DNA of 64,000 nt, from positions 854,249-918,248 of the forward strand of contig NW_015169777.1 of assembly GCF_001447785.1 (NCBI RefSeq), read 5' to 3'. The notes beneath the pieces were generated by a model. That model worked only from the letters and a program-made list of their open reading frames with translations, searched no databases and was not told where the DNA came from. Below, piece after piece: positions 12,501 through 26,942 of the stretch (position 1 is its first letter; the number at the start of each line of letters is the position of its first letter). The stretch comes from Gekko japonicus (Eukaryota). A program made the position numbers and the translations under genes.

Positions 12501-14831
12501 AGGGATTGTATATGTGGCCTCTCCTCTTGGAAGCAAAGAGATACTTGTAAGCACAGTGCACAGCATGCTCGGTGTTGAAGTAATAGGAGAAATTTTATAC
12601 ATAACATCATGTGGTCCTGAACCCTCAAAGAAAATCAAACAGTCCTCTGACAATAACCAGAGAGAGCGTAGTCTAATGACTGAGAAAACTAGTAAAGGTT
12701 CTTCTGGAGCTCTTTTGGACTTACTTCTTGTTGGGAAAGAAGAAATCATAATTCCTTTCAAGACTGAAATACACATAAGGCCTTCTTTTGCCCACCCACT
12801 TGGATGCGTTTCAGAGCTTAGTTTGAATGAAGGACACACATATGCCAAAGATCCCTCCAGACCAGCAGTGGTCAAACAGCATGCTTTGCAACCTAAAGAT
12901 GTATTTCCCTCAGAAACACAGAGAATCCTTTGCAGCACCGTGCCTTGTCCTTCTTTAAGGGACAGTCTGTTTAAAGCCTTGACCAAATGGTTCAGTAGTA
13001 AAGTGAGAAATTTACAGAGCATAGGGAAGTTGGCAAAAGACCAAAGGAAGCCATTAGATTATTTGGTCAGTATAGGGAATGAGGATCCTATTAACAAAAC
13101 TTCTGAAACAGGAAAATCTCCAACATTTATGAAGAGAACTGTGCAAGAGGAGATGGAGCAAAATGCAGCTGAGTACACTACTTTCTCAAATGCAGTTAGT
13201 CAACATTGGGGGGCAAAAGATAAGGGGGAGGCAGAGAACCTCTTCAGGCAGAGGTCTATCAGAATTGAGTATCCTATAGCCAGCTCTTGTAATAAGGTAG
13301 TAGCATTGAGTGCTGGGAAACCTGAAGACCCTACATGGACTCTGATGGTGGGGGATATTGTTGAAGACAGTGAGAACAAACATCCTTGTAGCACTTTAAG
13401 GGGCTTGAAAAGGCCAAAGAGATCCAAAGACTTAATTGGGTTGGAATATATGGAGGCCAAGGACTCTGAGGCCAGAAGTCCAAGCCCTTGTTTCAGGAAC
13501 CATAGTCAGCAATCAACCAGTATCGATATCCCTGTTGCTCCAGTCCTTTGCATGTTGCCACAAGCTTTTGGCTATTGGCAAGGTAGAAACCAAGTAACCT
13601 TTGAAAGCACGCACAAAATATGGCAATCTCTTCCATTAAGCAGACGATCAGGGAATATATGTAAGAAGTATCGCATGCAAGGCCATTTCAAGGTTAGAAG
13701 AAAACTGAACCAAATTAAGAGCTCTGCTTTCCTAAAACATCTTTTAGAGATTGTTCCTAAGCATAATAGTAAGCTTATCAGCTCTGTATATTTAGCCATT
13801 AAACCAGCCGTCATAGTAAACAAAGTAACTATGCTATGGGACCAAATGCCAAAGCAAAGAGCCAACCGAAGCAACTCACTAGACATTTCCAGGGCTAGCG
13901 AACATACCAAAGACCCAGCTGTCTTGAAGAGGCTGTCTGTATTAGCCAATAATTTGCTGGTCCCTTCAATAAACCCTCAGAAGTTTGAACTATCAGTGAC
14001 TTCCACAGATCTTTTCCCTTTAACTGAAAAGAACAGCCAACTCAGAAGAAAGAAGCTACTGGAAGTTTTTTCCTGGGTTAATGTGAAGTTAAATTCTCGG
14101 TGGATTAAGGGCAACAAGTACTCTACCAAGTTCAAATCTCAATCTTTGCCACTTTATCCTGTAGAATCAATAAATGTGTCTGTCTTGGAACCAAGCAACA
14201 GAATTCCCCTAGCATTCAGTACTCTCAAATTCCCACTTTCTTTTAATATAAAAATGGGTTCCAGTCCTATGAGGAGTGCCCTGGGAATTACATCCTTGCA
14301 CAGTGTCACTAATAGGACGGCTTTGGGAGAGCCAGAAGCTGTGCAGCCTGCAAAATGGACCTTCTCTTTCCTCCTGTCTCAAAGCAGCTTGGGTGAATCC
14401 CCGGTCNNNNNNNNNNNNNNNNNNNNNNNNNNNNNNNNNNNNNNNNNNNNNNNNNNAAAGGATAGCAGAAGATATGCTGTAGCTAAGAAGAGTTCAGGCT
14501 GCTCCATGTTTGGCCTGCAGACGGTACTAGCATTGTCTTCCCCTGGATGTTATAGGTTCTGGACGAGAGAAAGAAATCTAACAAGTCAAATCCCAGCTAT
14601 CCAGAGGCTGACTGTGCTACAATTTGCCCAGGGCTTGAAAGGGTTAAAATGTTCCTCTTCTATGTCAGCTGACCTCTTCTCTTCCTTGCCCTATTTGCTG
14701 GGTAGGGTACTGTCCATATGGAGCCAGCATGGTCCTTCCACCTGTCCCTCCGAATTCAATCCTCTCCATTCCAATCGCTGCAAGTGGCAGCCTGTCACTA
14801 CTGCAACCACAAGTCTGGGCCTCGGGAACAG
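9530..14831 (+). CDS. PRR14L: PRR14L giant exon 4 (5302 nt, phase 1->2), with an N gap at 14407-14456
   Basis: Long pyrimidine tract then tag| at 9529; 1762-aa ORF; conserved block GCSMFGLQTVLALSSPGCYRFWTRERNLTSQIPAIQRL...SLPYLLGRVLSIWSQHGP; donor AACAG|gtaaaa. Confidence 0.93.
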
Positions 14832-16355
14832 GTAAAACCCCATCCACCTTATTTCTGAAAATCAATCTGTGCAGTTGTTTGCTGTCTCTTGGGAGGGAGA
14901 GGGGAAAGAGTTAGGTATTAGAGGAATGGGCTTGTGTTCCATCTTGTTTACCTGGTGTGTACTTCCTGTTGGTTAAACTTTCACACACACAGATGGCTCC
15001 CTGCAGAACTCTGCTTTGGCAGCAGATGTAGACTTAAGGCTTTGTTGCTTTAATTTTTGACCGACCACTAACTCTGTTTTTCTCCCTCCCGGCCACATAT
15101 AACACATCTCGCGCCAGAACATTTATTGCGGAAAGGTGAGCTACCTCACTAATGCTTTTCAGAATCTGGCTGCGGAACTACTGGATTTTTGAGGTAGGAA
15201 AGATTTTGGAGATCTGAGCCACCGGAGCACCTCTTGACCTTGCAAAATGGATTCTGAACCAAAAGGATTGTGTTGCCCTGTTTTAGATCCACTAGGCTTA
15301 GTATAATAACAGCCGTACTCCAGGGGTTTCAACACCCCCGGCTTTTGAGTATCTGATGAAGGGAGCTTTGACTTCATAAGCTTATACCTTGGAAATCTTG
15401 TTGGTCTTTAAGGTACTTCTGGACTTAAATTTTGCTATTATACTACATACCAACCCTCCTGAAGCTTTGAGCAATTTTTTGTCCTTGATGGATTTGTAAA
15501 TAGTTGCTCTCTGGGCATCATCCAAGCTGTAACTCAGCAAGGAGTTTTTGCCTGAGAGAGAACAGAAGGTGGGAGAAAGCTTAAATAGTGCATTCCCTTA
15601 TGCTAAATGCAGGAAAGGAAATACTGGCTTTCTAGTTTTTGAGGCAGTGGGTGACTGAACTTAAGCAGGATTTTTGCCCCACTCCTCTAACAGCTTAAGT
15701 AACTTGTTTTCTCCTTTATGGGTTTGTTACCCCAGACCTCTGTCAAATCAGGATATGAGCTTCTGGAATATTTACAAATCTGTAATATTGCATTTCTCAT
15801 GGCTGTAATGAAAGAAGCAGATAAAGTGGCCAGCTGTTGCACATGACGTAGCCACAGTTTTATTCCAGCTACTTGTGTGCCGCCAAACAAAACAAAGATT
15901 TGAAAGCTAATAAAAATCTAATAAAACTACATTGCTTCTATGAGTGCTTTAAAGATGGCATTAGCCCAACATGTAAACATAGAAAACTGCCTTATATGGA
16001 ATTGGAATACTGGTCCATCTAGTCCAGAATTGTTTACTCTGACTGGCAGTGGCTCTCCAAAGTCTTGGACGAAGGTCTTTTCAAATCCTACCTATCCCTA
16101 GAACCACCTGGGAGCTTCTGGACAGAAAGCTGGTGCTCTACCACTGAACCATGGATTCCCTTATGGTGATCAGGTTTTGGGCTGCACTGTAAACACACAA
16201 AGCAAGCATGAAACAAACGTCAAAATACATTTTAACTGTAACATCCTGATTTAGGACACCCATGCGATGTTACAAAGAAATGTGTGTGGGCTGGGCTCTT
16301 CCTTTCAGGTAGTCCTTCCATAGCCTCATCTCTTCCACTTCAAACGTCCAAGGTT

Positions 16356-16478
16356 GTGTGTGTGTGTGTGTGTGTGTGTATANNNNNNNNNNNNNNNNNN
16401 NNNNNNNNNNNNNNNNNNNNNNNNNNNNNNNNNNNNNNNNNNNNNNNNNNTATATATATATACACACACACACACATA
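16356..16478. repeat. (TG)n/(TA)n/(CA)n microsatellite spanning an assembly gap
   Basis: Directly visible. Confidence 0.9.
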
Positions 16479-18073
16479 TGAAAGAAAAACCCTGTTTTTT
16501 CACTGGGAGGTTCTCATAATTTTGGTCTGGGAAACATATCACTTCTGATGGGCAAATAAAGCCAGTCCGAAACTTCCTCTTTGGCTTCTAGTGAAGTCAG
16601 TGGGCAGAGTGCTGCCTGAAATTTCCCTTAAGTCCACATAATTTTAGCAGCTTAATTAGAAAAGCATTCTAGTCACTCTTGAATGCTGAGGGGAGACCAA
16701 CTGTCCTGTTTTATTTTCGTGTGTGTGTGTCAAGCACATTTTTCCAGTAGCTATATGGAACCTTAGATGTGAGAGCAAGCCAAGGAAAGGTCGGTAGCCT
16801 TCTGTTTCTAGTATATTTAAGTGAGGTACGATTAAGTTCTTAGCAGTGAAGGATTCCAATCACGACAAGTGTCATTCTACATTCACTCTTAAAAATTGAC
16901 GAATAGAGGCGTATTTGTCCAAATGTGGCTTCTAAGTAAAAAGAAGCCCTTAGACAGCGATGAGGGTCCCACCTCCCGCTGCAGTTATTTGTACAGTGTA
17001 ACGTTTAAGTAATTGTAGATTTGCAGGGGTGACACTAATACCCAAGATCAGCCCTCATTGGGAGAAAATGGGCTGTTTGTACACTGTCTTCCTCACTATG
17101 CTGTAAGTAAATGAGCCCAGACTCTGCCCTACTGGGTGGAAGTCCAGCTGCTTGGATTATATATGAATTAAAAAAGGCTTTCTGATGGTCCATTGCATGG
17201 ACCTCCAAGGCTTCTTCCATATGTCTGCTTAAATCTGTGTTGCCTAGCTGATTTCTTGGCTGGGCAGGGTATGCTGGTAAGGCTGCCCCAATGTCATTTG
17301 GGTCTGAAGCTCCATCTTCTTGTGATAAAGTCTCACTCGGAACAGATTGTGTGCTCTCCCAAAAGCAGATCTGTTGGCATTAGAATTGGTTGCTTTGCTC
17401 CTGTCAGATGGCTAATGATCACAAATGGCAATCCTAGCCCCAGTAGGATGGCAGTAATTAAAATGTTGACCCTATCTGGCCATCCTGCATGCCATTGAAC
17501 AGAGTTTGGACAGGGGGGGAAATATTATTGTCTGTTCTGCAACTGTCTGTTTTACTTTCAGGCATTAGGAACCCTGGTCTGAACATGAGAATGAGCTTGA
17601 TCTTTACAGCTGCAGGAACAGCTGCTTCCAACAATGATTGTCTAGTGTTTGTTTACAAGAATACTTAAGTCTGTGTGGAGCAGTAAATAACTCAGCCTCT
17701 AAGATGGCTCCTGCTCTTTCTTTGTGCAACCAAAAATGGGTATAAAGAATGTTTGCTGTTCTCATCAATTAGAAAGCCTTCAGAAAGATTGAGAGGGAGG
17801 GAAGAGAGGTGGAAGTAGAGGAGCTGTGCAGTTAGTCAGGATGGAAGGTTTTGGACACACCTGTTGCTGCTAGACTTCCTAAATTTAGTAGCTTGGTCAC
17901 TTTGAGTTTGCCAAAAAATTTTTTTAAAGGGAAGCAAATATAATCTGAACCATTACTGGTGGGTCTGATTGTTCTTGATATGTGGGGTATAGAGATGGGA
18001 TCCCTACTTTTGTACTGTATAACTCTAACTTCTGCTTCTTGTTTGTGGTTTTTTTTTTTCTTCTGTGCACCAG

Positions 18074-18142
18074 CTCCGCCATGTTGCCTCATGTGCCTGA
18101 CCAGGTTGTTGACATTCCCAGGACTGTGTATGATGAGTTGAG
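18074..18142 (+). CDS. PRR14L: PRR14L exon 5 (69 nt, phase 2->2)
   Basis: T-rich tract, cag|C TCC GCC ATG...TTG AG|gtaaat; SAMLPHVPDQVVDIPRTVYDELR. Confidence 0.8.
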
Positions 18143-18543
18143 GTAAATGTGATCTTTGAGGCTTTCCCACTTTCGGTGGGTTTTCTCCTTGCCCATTAAG
18201 CTCCTTACACTAAACTTGAGGTTGCTCTAGGAATACTAGTGTTCTGTATGGGGCTGACTTCTTTCTTGCCCTGTCTTGCTGCCTCTTCACTGTTTGGCCT
18301 CAGCTCCATTCCCTTCCACTTCTCGTACCACTCATCTGTGCCACTAGCTCAGTCGTGACCCCATTACACTGCTTGATCTGTCATCCAACTTCACCTCCTG
18401 TCTCGGTAGTACCCATGTCTCACATCACTACTGCTTTTGGTCCTGTTACCTGAACCATCAGGACCATGCCTTGATGCTGTTTCCAAAGCTTCTTCATTGA
18501 TAACTAGCATTAATAAGCACTTTTACAAACCTTTCCCTCCTAG

Positions 18544-18700
18544 GTTGGAACCATACTTCTGTGCATCGTTACCAACATCTTGCTCGATTCCAGAACCTGA
18601 GCACTCTGCTCTTGGACACCTGGCACCTGAATTTCAGGTCCACCCTGTAGGCGATGTTTCTGTCACTACGTTGCCCATAAGTGGTACTCAGTTGGAAAAA
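18544..18700 (+). CDS. PRR14L: PRR14L exon 6 (157 nt, phase 2->0)
   Basis: cctcctag|G TTG GAA CCA...GAA AAA|gtaagt; LEPYFCASLPTSC...EFQV. Confidence 0.85.
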
Positions 18701-19984
18701 GTAAGTTCCAATTTGGGAACAGGTAGGCAGCCCAAAGAGGTACATAAAGTTAGTAGCATAAGGAATGATGCTCTCTGTTACTTGGACAAGAACACTCACT
18801 GCGATGAGTAAAACCTTAAAGTATTTTGCCGAAAGTTATACATGTATACAATACATACATTACTTAAACAATTCTACTTTTCAGGTTTTTACCATATATT
18901 TGAGGACCTTGCAACTATATAACTTATTTTCTAACTGAAAACTTTCTAAGTGAAATCCCCAATAGTAATAAATTGAACAGATTATATATGGGGTATCTTT
19001 ACAATCCAGTATTCTAATACACTGTGGTTGCACTCTATTAAATTATACACAGTCTCCTTAAGAATGAATTCTCACAATAAATTCTGAGAAGTGTTACTTC
19101 AACGTGCCTCAGTAGTATAGTGATCAAAATCTGTTCATAAAGAATCCAGCTACCTGATAGGTAGCCACAGATGTCCTCCTGTTTCAGTTTTCTCTCTTTC
19201 AAGAATCGCTGTGATTTTACAACTGATGTTTTTCAAGAAACTTCACGGGCAAAGCTGTTAGAGAGCTTCCTTCTGAATGGAACACACCCTTCTCCTGCCT
19301 ATATATTACTATTGAAGATTTCAGTTAGAAAGAATTCAGTTAGAAACTAAGTTATATAGTTGCAGGATCCTCAAATATATGGCCAAAACCAGAAAAGTAG
19401 AATTATTTAAGTAATGTATGTATTGTATACATGTATAACCTTTGGCAAAATACATTGTTTTACTCATCGTGGTGAGTGTGAGTGTTGTTTTTTTGCAGTT
19501 TAATTCACCGTGAACCCAGCTTTGTTTATTTCATTACTCTGTTACTTGGAGGCACATAATTTTGCATGGAAGGTGAGGGAAGTTTTTAGTAGGTACTGGA
19601 AATGGTAAGTGAAAAATGGCATAAAACAGAACCACAACTCCCCCCCCCCAAAAAAAAATAAGAATCTGGAGCTGGAGAAGGCGGGGGGTAGTTGGCATAT
19701 GTAAGCCAGTATCTCCTTTCTGCTGCCCTTTCCCCATAGGTTGTTTGTAATGATTACTCAGAGAACATATGTGAGGATCTTTGAACACACAGAAAAAGTG
19801 CCGTGTAAGTGCCAAGTAGTCTTAGGGGAGCCATCAAGTGCAAGGGCTGGTGTCATGGGTTTAACTGTAGTTCAGATTCTCCCTTGGCCATAAAGCTTGC
19901 TGGGTAGCCTTGAGCAAGCTGCCTCTCTGTCTAATTTATCATTCACAGGGTTTTTGTGGCAGGAGGATCAGATTGGTGAGATAA

Positions 19985-20260
<276 letters not shown>

Positions 20261-21441
20261 TAAAAGATCTTGCTGATTTTAGACATGTACAAATAGACTG
20301 AGGCAAAGGCATATGAAAGAGTATTAGGTCAGGGCTTGGGATGAAGAACAGGAATATAGTTAAGGTGAGACTCCCATGATACTCTTAATAATATGCTTTA
20401 GTTTTTCACTTCATCCAAATCCAGGTTTTTAATGGTCATAGGATTTTGCTATACTGTTGGAAGCAAAGACTTTTTGGAACCTCTGAAGTCCATGAGCAGA
20501 GCTCGATGAGCACAACTTTCCCACAGCCCGCTAATATTCCTGAAATTCTGTTCCTGGGGCTCAGAAACCCTCATGAACAGCACAGGGGGCAAAGTTGAGA
20601 GGGAATTTGTGGGAATCTCCTTGTTCCTTCACTTCTTTGAACACTCTTCAGGACCCTAATGATAAGTGCTCCTCTGTGTGAATCAGGCTGAAGTCTGTAT
20701 GTATTCGCATGCACTCTCTTCCTTTCCATCTTCAGAGGTAACTCCAGAGACTAAGGCAGCCCCAAGTCTTCTGTACAGTGGCTATCCTTTCTTGAGATAG
20801 AGCACAAAAATTCTTTGCACTACTGGTCAGACTTACCTGACAGGCTTAGCCTTTTCTGCTTTCAGCATCCTCTCAAATCCTTCAGGGAAAACAAATGACT
20901 AAATCTGATAGATATGAGACCTTGGGAAAGCTTGTTCAGCACTCCTGGAGTTGTGCTGCTTGTCCCTGGGGGAAGGCTGAAGAGTTAGCTTTAAAACCCT
21001 GATGGCCTTAAACAGCATAAGTCTGTCTGAGGGAGGATCCAAGGAAGCCCCTATCTCTTCTCCTTTATCAGGCTCAGAAGCTGAAAGCTGGTGCTTATGT
21101 GGCAGCCCCTGGCTTGTCCATAGGTAAGGCTCCACAGCCTGTTCCCAGTTAGGGATCTGAGGCCAAATCCTTTCTATGTCAGTGTGATGTGGTTAAGAAA
21201 CTTGGAATGCTTTGGGGGTCAGAAGAAGGTATACTGTGGTATTGCTTATCTTTGAAACCCTTAGAATCAAAAAGTGGGACTTTGGTGCCTGTGATCTTCC
21301 CTGCAGTTTCAGTAGCTATCAATTTAACCTGTTCAAAGAAGGCTGTTCTTGGGGCCCATGAGAATACTGACCGATGAAGGGGAGATAACATGCACTGAGC
21401 TTTGTGTTCTAGGGACCCCTTTCCTGCTGCTGTTCATGGAG

Positions 21442-21671
21442 ATGCGCATTCGTAGTGTACACAAAAAAAGAAAACCAGTTCGCCGCGCCACGCGCTTCTT
21501 CATTGCGCGCAGGCGTGTGTTGTGATCGGCACCTCTCCCTTGCCATGGAACCTCCACAGTACCTCCACAGAACCTCCACAGTAGGTCTGATCGCTTTACT
21601 GCATGTTAGTTTGCCCCGGGGCAAACAGCCACACTTCTCCTCTGCAGTTTCCTGCCCGTGTGACAGGGGCC
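21442..21671 (+). mobile_element. Family A half-element (right end only)
   Basis: Aligns with about 22520-22750; ends GTGTGACAGGGGCC. Confidence 0.8.
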
Positions 21672-21939
21672 TTTGAAACCCTTAGAATCAAAAAGTGGGA
21701 CTTTGGTGCCTGTGATCTTCCCTGCAGTTTCAGTAGCTATCAATTTAACCTGTTCAAAGAAGGCTGTTCTTGGGGCCCATGAGAATACTGACCGATGAAG
21801 GGGAGATAACATGCACTGAGCTTTGTGTTCTAGGGACCCCTTTCCTGCTGCTGTTCATGGAGCTTGGAGGCTCTGGCTCTTTTCTAGTCTTCAAATTCAT
21901 TTTGAGTTACTTGGAGCTAGACATGGTTATGATTAGGGG

Positions 21940-22145
21940 CAGTGTTCCCTCTAAGCTGAGTTAGTGTGAGCTAGCTCACAGTTTTTTAGCCTCCGGCTCA
22001 CACATTTTTGTCTTAGCTCAGGAAAGATGGCTCCAGAGCAAACTAATTTATGCAGTAGCCAAATCGCTTGCTCACAACTTTAATGCCAGTAGCTCACAAA
22101 GTAGAATTTTTGCTCACAAGACTCCACAGCTTAGAGGGAACATTG
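21940..22145 (+). mobile_element. hAT-type MITE family B (206 bp)
   Basis: TIRs CAGTGTTCCCTCTAAGCTG / CAGCTTAGAGGGAACATTG; four copies in the window. Confidence 0.85.
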
Positions 22146-22218
22146 AAGGGGCGGGGAATTCTCTAGTTCTCCTGACTGAATAACATAGAGGGAAATAACA
22201 TAGGGAAAGGTGAAAGAT

Positions 22219-22750
22219 GGCTGCGGTCACACGTAACAGAAGCCACACAAGTGAGACGGAAAACAAACGGAGTTTCCGGGCGCGATCTCACCAGCACATC
22301 TGGGAAGCGTAGCACTCCCGTGGCTCAACCGAGGCTTCCAGCCGAAACTGCGTGGCAAAAAACTAGTACCTTGGAGGTACTAGTTTCCGGAAACTGCGGG
22401 GCAAGGGCGGGCGTCTGATCGCGTTTCCGGTGGCATCCGGCACCTGCCCATGTCCCCTTGCAAATAAGGTGTGTTTTTTTTGTCCAAGTCTCTGTGGATG
22501 CGCATCCGCACCCAACGGAGCATGCACATTTGTCATGTACACAAAAATAAAAAACAGTTTGCCGCGGCACACGCTTCTTCGTTGTGCGCCGGCTTGTCCT
22601 GTGATCGGCACCTCTCCCTTGCCATGGAACCTCCACGGTACCTCCACAGGACTTCCACAGGAGGTCTGATCACGTAACTGCGCAGTAGTTTGCCCCAGGG
22701 CAAACAGCCACGCTTCTCCTCTGCAGTTTCCTGCCCATGTGACCGGGGCC
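22219..22750 (+). mobile_element. Harbinger-like MITE family A, full copy
   Basis: TIRs GGCTGCGGTCACA / TGTGACCGGGGCC; 3-bp target duplication GAT on both sides. Confidence 0.82.
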
Positions 22751-23039
22751 GATGTTTATTTTCAGTTAGCCTAACAAATGCCTGAGACTAGGAAAGGCTC
22801 TGGAAGCTCTTTTATATCAGTGGAGACATGCTGAAAATGGAACGATGAACTATTCTCCCTTCAGCTGAGGTCTGACGCCTTTACTGAAGGATGGGAGAAG
22901 TTGCTTGTTGCTGCATGTTCTGCTCCACATGAGGCACAAAATGAACTCTCTGCATCAGATTTCTTTAGTAGACCTTTTGGTCTGTCAAAGACGACTGCAA
23001 CCTGTATTGAATCGTTGGTTTCTGAGACAAGAGCTATGA

Positions 23040-23204
<165 letters not shown>

Positions 23205-23289
23205 TAGAGATATTAGCTGGCTATATGAAGAATCAACATAGCATGGTCTGAATAAGCTCTCCACTGTATGTATGCAGTAGTTAAGGTTG

Positions 23290-23496
23290 ATCTCCTTTCC
23301 CTTCCCCTCCCCACAACAGACACCCTGTGAGGTGGGTGGGGCTGAGAGAGCTCTGACACAAACTGCTCTTTTTCAAGGACAGCTGTTCCAGAGCTTGTGA
23401 CTGACCCAAGGTCACATCAGCAGGTGCAAGTGGAGGAGTGGGGAATCAAACCCGGTTCTCCCAGATTAGAGTCCGCACACTTAACCACTACACCAA
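23290..23496 (-). mobile_element. tRNA-derived SINE
   Basis: The - strand begins TTTGGTGTAGTGGTTAAG (A box) with GGTTTGATTCC (B box) and a CTCACAGGG core. Confidence 0.75.
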
Positions 23497-23611
23497 AGAT
23501 TTGATCTGGTGACTTCCCAGATGATAGCTTGTTCTCTAAATTGCTCTGCTGCACCATCTTAGAATTCCAGAGTGGCCAATATTTAGTGTGTCGTCAGATC
23601 ACTTTCTCTAA

Positions 23612-23962
<351 letters not shown>

Positions 23963-24703
23963 GGATGAGCCATTAGCTGGAAATGGCTTAAGTGATCTGA
24001 TGTGCTTGGAAGGACCTTTACTAGTTCTCCCATACCAGCTGCTCAGCCATGATGCTCATGATTAGCTGTTGGTTATGGACCTCGAGGTGCTTATATAGGT
24101 TGTTTTTTTAAAAAAATGTTGCACGAGAGCCTCTCATTTCTGGTAATGCATTCAGGTGACTGGAAATTACTGTTAATACCTGTGGTTTAACAAAATCTTT
24201 CAAAATCAGTGGGGCATATTCAAGGCTGAAACAACGCACCTTCAAATACGATAGGATTCTGAAGACTTCTGACCTGTGTACATTTGTTTGCATCCACCGC
24301 TTTTCTCCTTAGTGGCTCCTCCAAAAGGTTGTTACTGGGGTGTAGGAAACGCGGAAGATATTTATGCATAGAAATCTCATGAAGAAAGGCGCACACAAAA
24401 AAGTGTGTTGTTTCCGTCCTCTTGCCCCAGTGACGTGGGGCAGCAGGACCCACCTGTGAGTCCCAGAGCTTAGCAAGTTGCACTTTGTTTTTTGTTTGCT
24501 GCATGAGGGCACCTCATAATATGTGGTGTGTCATACATATTTTTAATCATGTATTATGGGGGTGCAGCAGTACAGATTTGAGCTCCACTCTGAGACTACT
24601 TTAGCTGTTTTTAATTTTTCTTCCACATCTGAAGACAAGCAAGGAACAGCTGGTAGCCTGAGCTCCACTTTGTTTCTCCACAGTGTTCTTTTTTGTTGCC
24701 TGA

Positions 24704-24881
24704 GGGCTCTTTTTGTAGCAGGTACTCCTTTGCATATTAAGCGACACACCCCTAATGTAGCCAATCCTCCAAGAGCTTACAGTAGCTCCTGATAGAAGAG
24801 CTCTGTAAGCTCTTGGAAGATTGGCTACATTAGGGGTGTGTGGCCTAATATGCAAAGGAGTTCCTGCTACAAAAAGAGCCC
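24704..24881. mobile_element. Fold-back MITE in the PRR14L 3' UTR
   Basis: About 78-bp nearly perfect inverted arms GGGCTCTTTTTGTAGCAGG...CCTGCTACAAAAAGAGCCC. Confidence 0.85.
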
Positions 24882-26936
24882 GATCTGGACTTGGGTGGTT
24901 AGCACTGGTAACCTTCAGCATAGAATATTATAGTTTTTATTTAAGATCAGAAAGCTGAAGGGACCTCAAAAATTATGTCTCCCTCCCACAGCCATCTCTA
25001 TGGTTAACTTGAAAAGTCCAGAACTGGAACGTTACCTAGCCTGTCTTGATTGAACAAATTGGTCTCTTGATTATGGCTAGCAATCTACTATTGGATCCTG
25101 CATCTAGTTTAGTAAGCAGGCCATTAGCCATTATCCGAAGTCGTGCTTGAGAAACAGTAACCTTTCTTCCCTAAAGGGAATGCTGCTGCCCCTTTTCAGA
25201 CTCTATTAAGGTTCTTTTATTTGACCATTTCACATCATGAACAGCTGTGATCAGGTACCTTCTGTCTGCAGTGCCTATACATACAATTTGAGCCTGGCTT
25301 AACAGCTGAAATGCTCAAAGATTGTCTCCCACTTTTGCATCTCAGATTTTGCACTTTGTGCCTCTGTGCCCCATGGATACCTTCTTCTTGTTACCTCTTG
25401 AATATGTAACTCCAGTATCCAGTTTATAAGTCAGTTTATCTGAAGCCATGCTAGAAAAAGCTTAGCCCTTTTTTCAGATCCCTGCGGCCTTCTTGGGATC
25501 AAAATGATGCGGCGTCTTCTCTTTCCTCTGCCATTCCTGTATTTAAGAGCAAGCAAGGAACTGAAATCAGCCAATGTAGCCTGTGGAATCCTGGGCCTTA
25601 AAGCTGCTAGAAGTGGAAGGGCAATGAATGCCACACTGTGCCTGAAATGCTAAATGGATTTCTGCTCTATATTTATCTGCATGGATACCTTGATAGGTTT
25701 GTCCCCCTGTGAACAAGATATGAATTAAGAATAATTATTTTACTAGCCAGTTTGTGACAAGATGCATTTGCTACTGCATGCAAATTGATGGGCTCTTAAG
25801 GCTCCCAAGTAATAGCTTCATCATGGACTCCCCAGAATATTTTTTTATCTTAATACTTTGGGAGTACTGATCTTAATCATTGTTAGAAGTATGTTTTAAA
25901 GCTCTTTTTTGTCCCATAGTGGGATTTTATAACACACTGGTACAGACCCTAATGTGGAAACTTTGTCAGGTTCTGTTGTGAAAATATGTAGCTGAACTGG
26001 TGTTCTGTTAGAGCCAGGCAGGGAGTATGCTCTAGGCATGGTTCTGCTTTCCACTGTGAGTTTTTAAAATGTTTGTTATTTTTCGTAGTGTGCTCTCTCT
26101 TTGAAATTGTATTTTATAAAGCTGCAACAGGGAAACACTACAACTATTTTCAGTTTTGTTTTGCTGTCTAGAAAACAGTGCCGAAGATTTCCTAGCCTGG
26201 GGCAGGGTCTGGGGCAATCCAATCAATGGTGGGACTTTGCCATTACTGTGTTAAAATGATTTCTTCTTTCCCTCTTGTTGGGTATATGTGCTCAAAGTCC
26301 CTACAGCCCATTTTCTGGGATACTGAAACTCCCTGTACCCCAAAGAGAAATTGAGGCTATTCCCTTGGAAGGCTGTCTTCAGACAGAGCCCTTCTGATGC
26401 AAACGGAAGAAGACAAGGATTGGTTGGCTGATTGTTTTGGTGTTTAGAACAATCATGAGTGGGAGAGGGAATTGATTCAGCATAATAGACAAAAAAATCC
26501 CCCCTCAAAAAAGACCCTTGGTAAACTGTGGTATCATTCTTAGTGGCAGGGGCACAAGACAGAGAGGCTGTAGTCCAGATGGGAAGGGTTATGTGTGGGT
26601 CTGTCCAAAATTCAAAACAACATTTTTATCCCTTGCAGTTGCCAGCAGAATTCATACTGGGGCTCACCAGATGTCTCATCAACAGAGGTAGCAAGCATTT
26701 CAATGTTGTCATATCAAGCTGTTCTGGTTTATGTTGGATTAAGAACTGCGTGATGAAGCTTCAGCCACTTTGTAGTTAATAATTAAGAACAGCTTGTGAG
26801 AAACGCTTGTTTGAGTCCTTCATGTTAAGAAATACTGAACTGAAATTTTGACGCTTATCCTCTTATGCCATTATCATGTTTTTTAAAGATGTCAGTAGGC
26901 TTCAAATTTTAAATTTCACTTTTCCTATGTGCTTAA

Positions 26937-26942
26937 ATTAAA
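26937..26942 (+). terminator. Probable PRR14L polyadenylation signal (ATTAAA)
   Basis: First AWTAAA hexamer I found after the stop, followed by a GT/T-rich tract; implies a 3' UTR of about 3 kb. Confidence 0.45.

Noticed and set aside
9547-14835. 1762-aa ORF as a standalone intronless gene
   Set aside because: It is bounded by splice sites in phase with the neighbouring PRR14L exons.
15100-15136. Possible 18-nt PRR14L micro-exon before a gtgagc donor
   Set aside because: Weak acceptor context; the gene model is complete without it.
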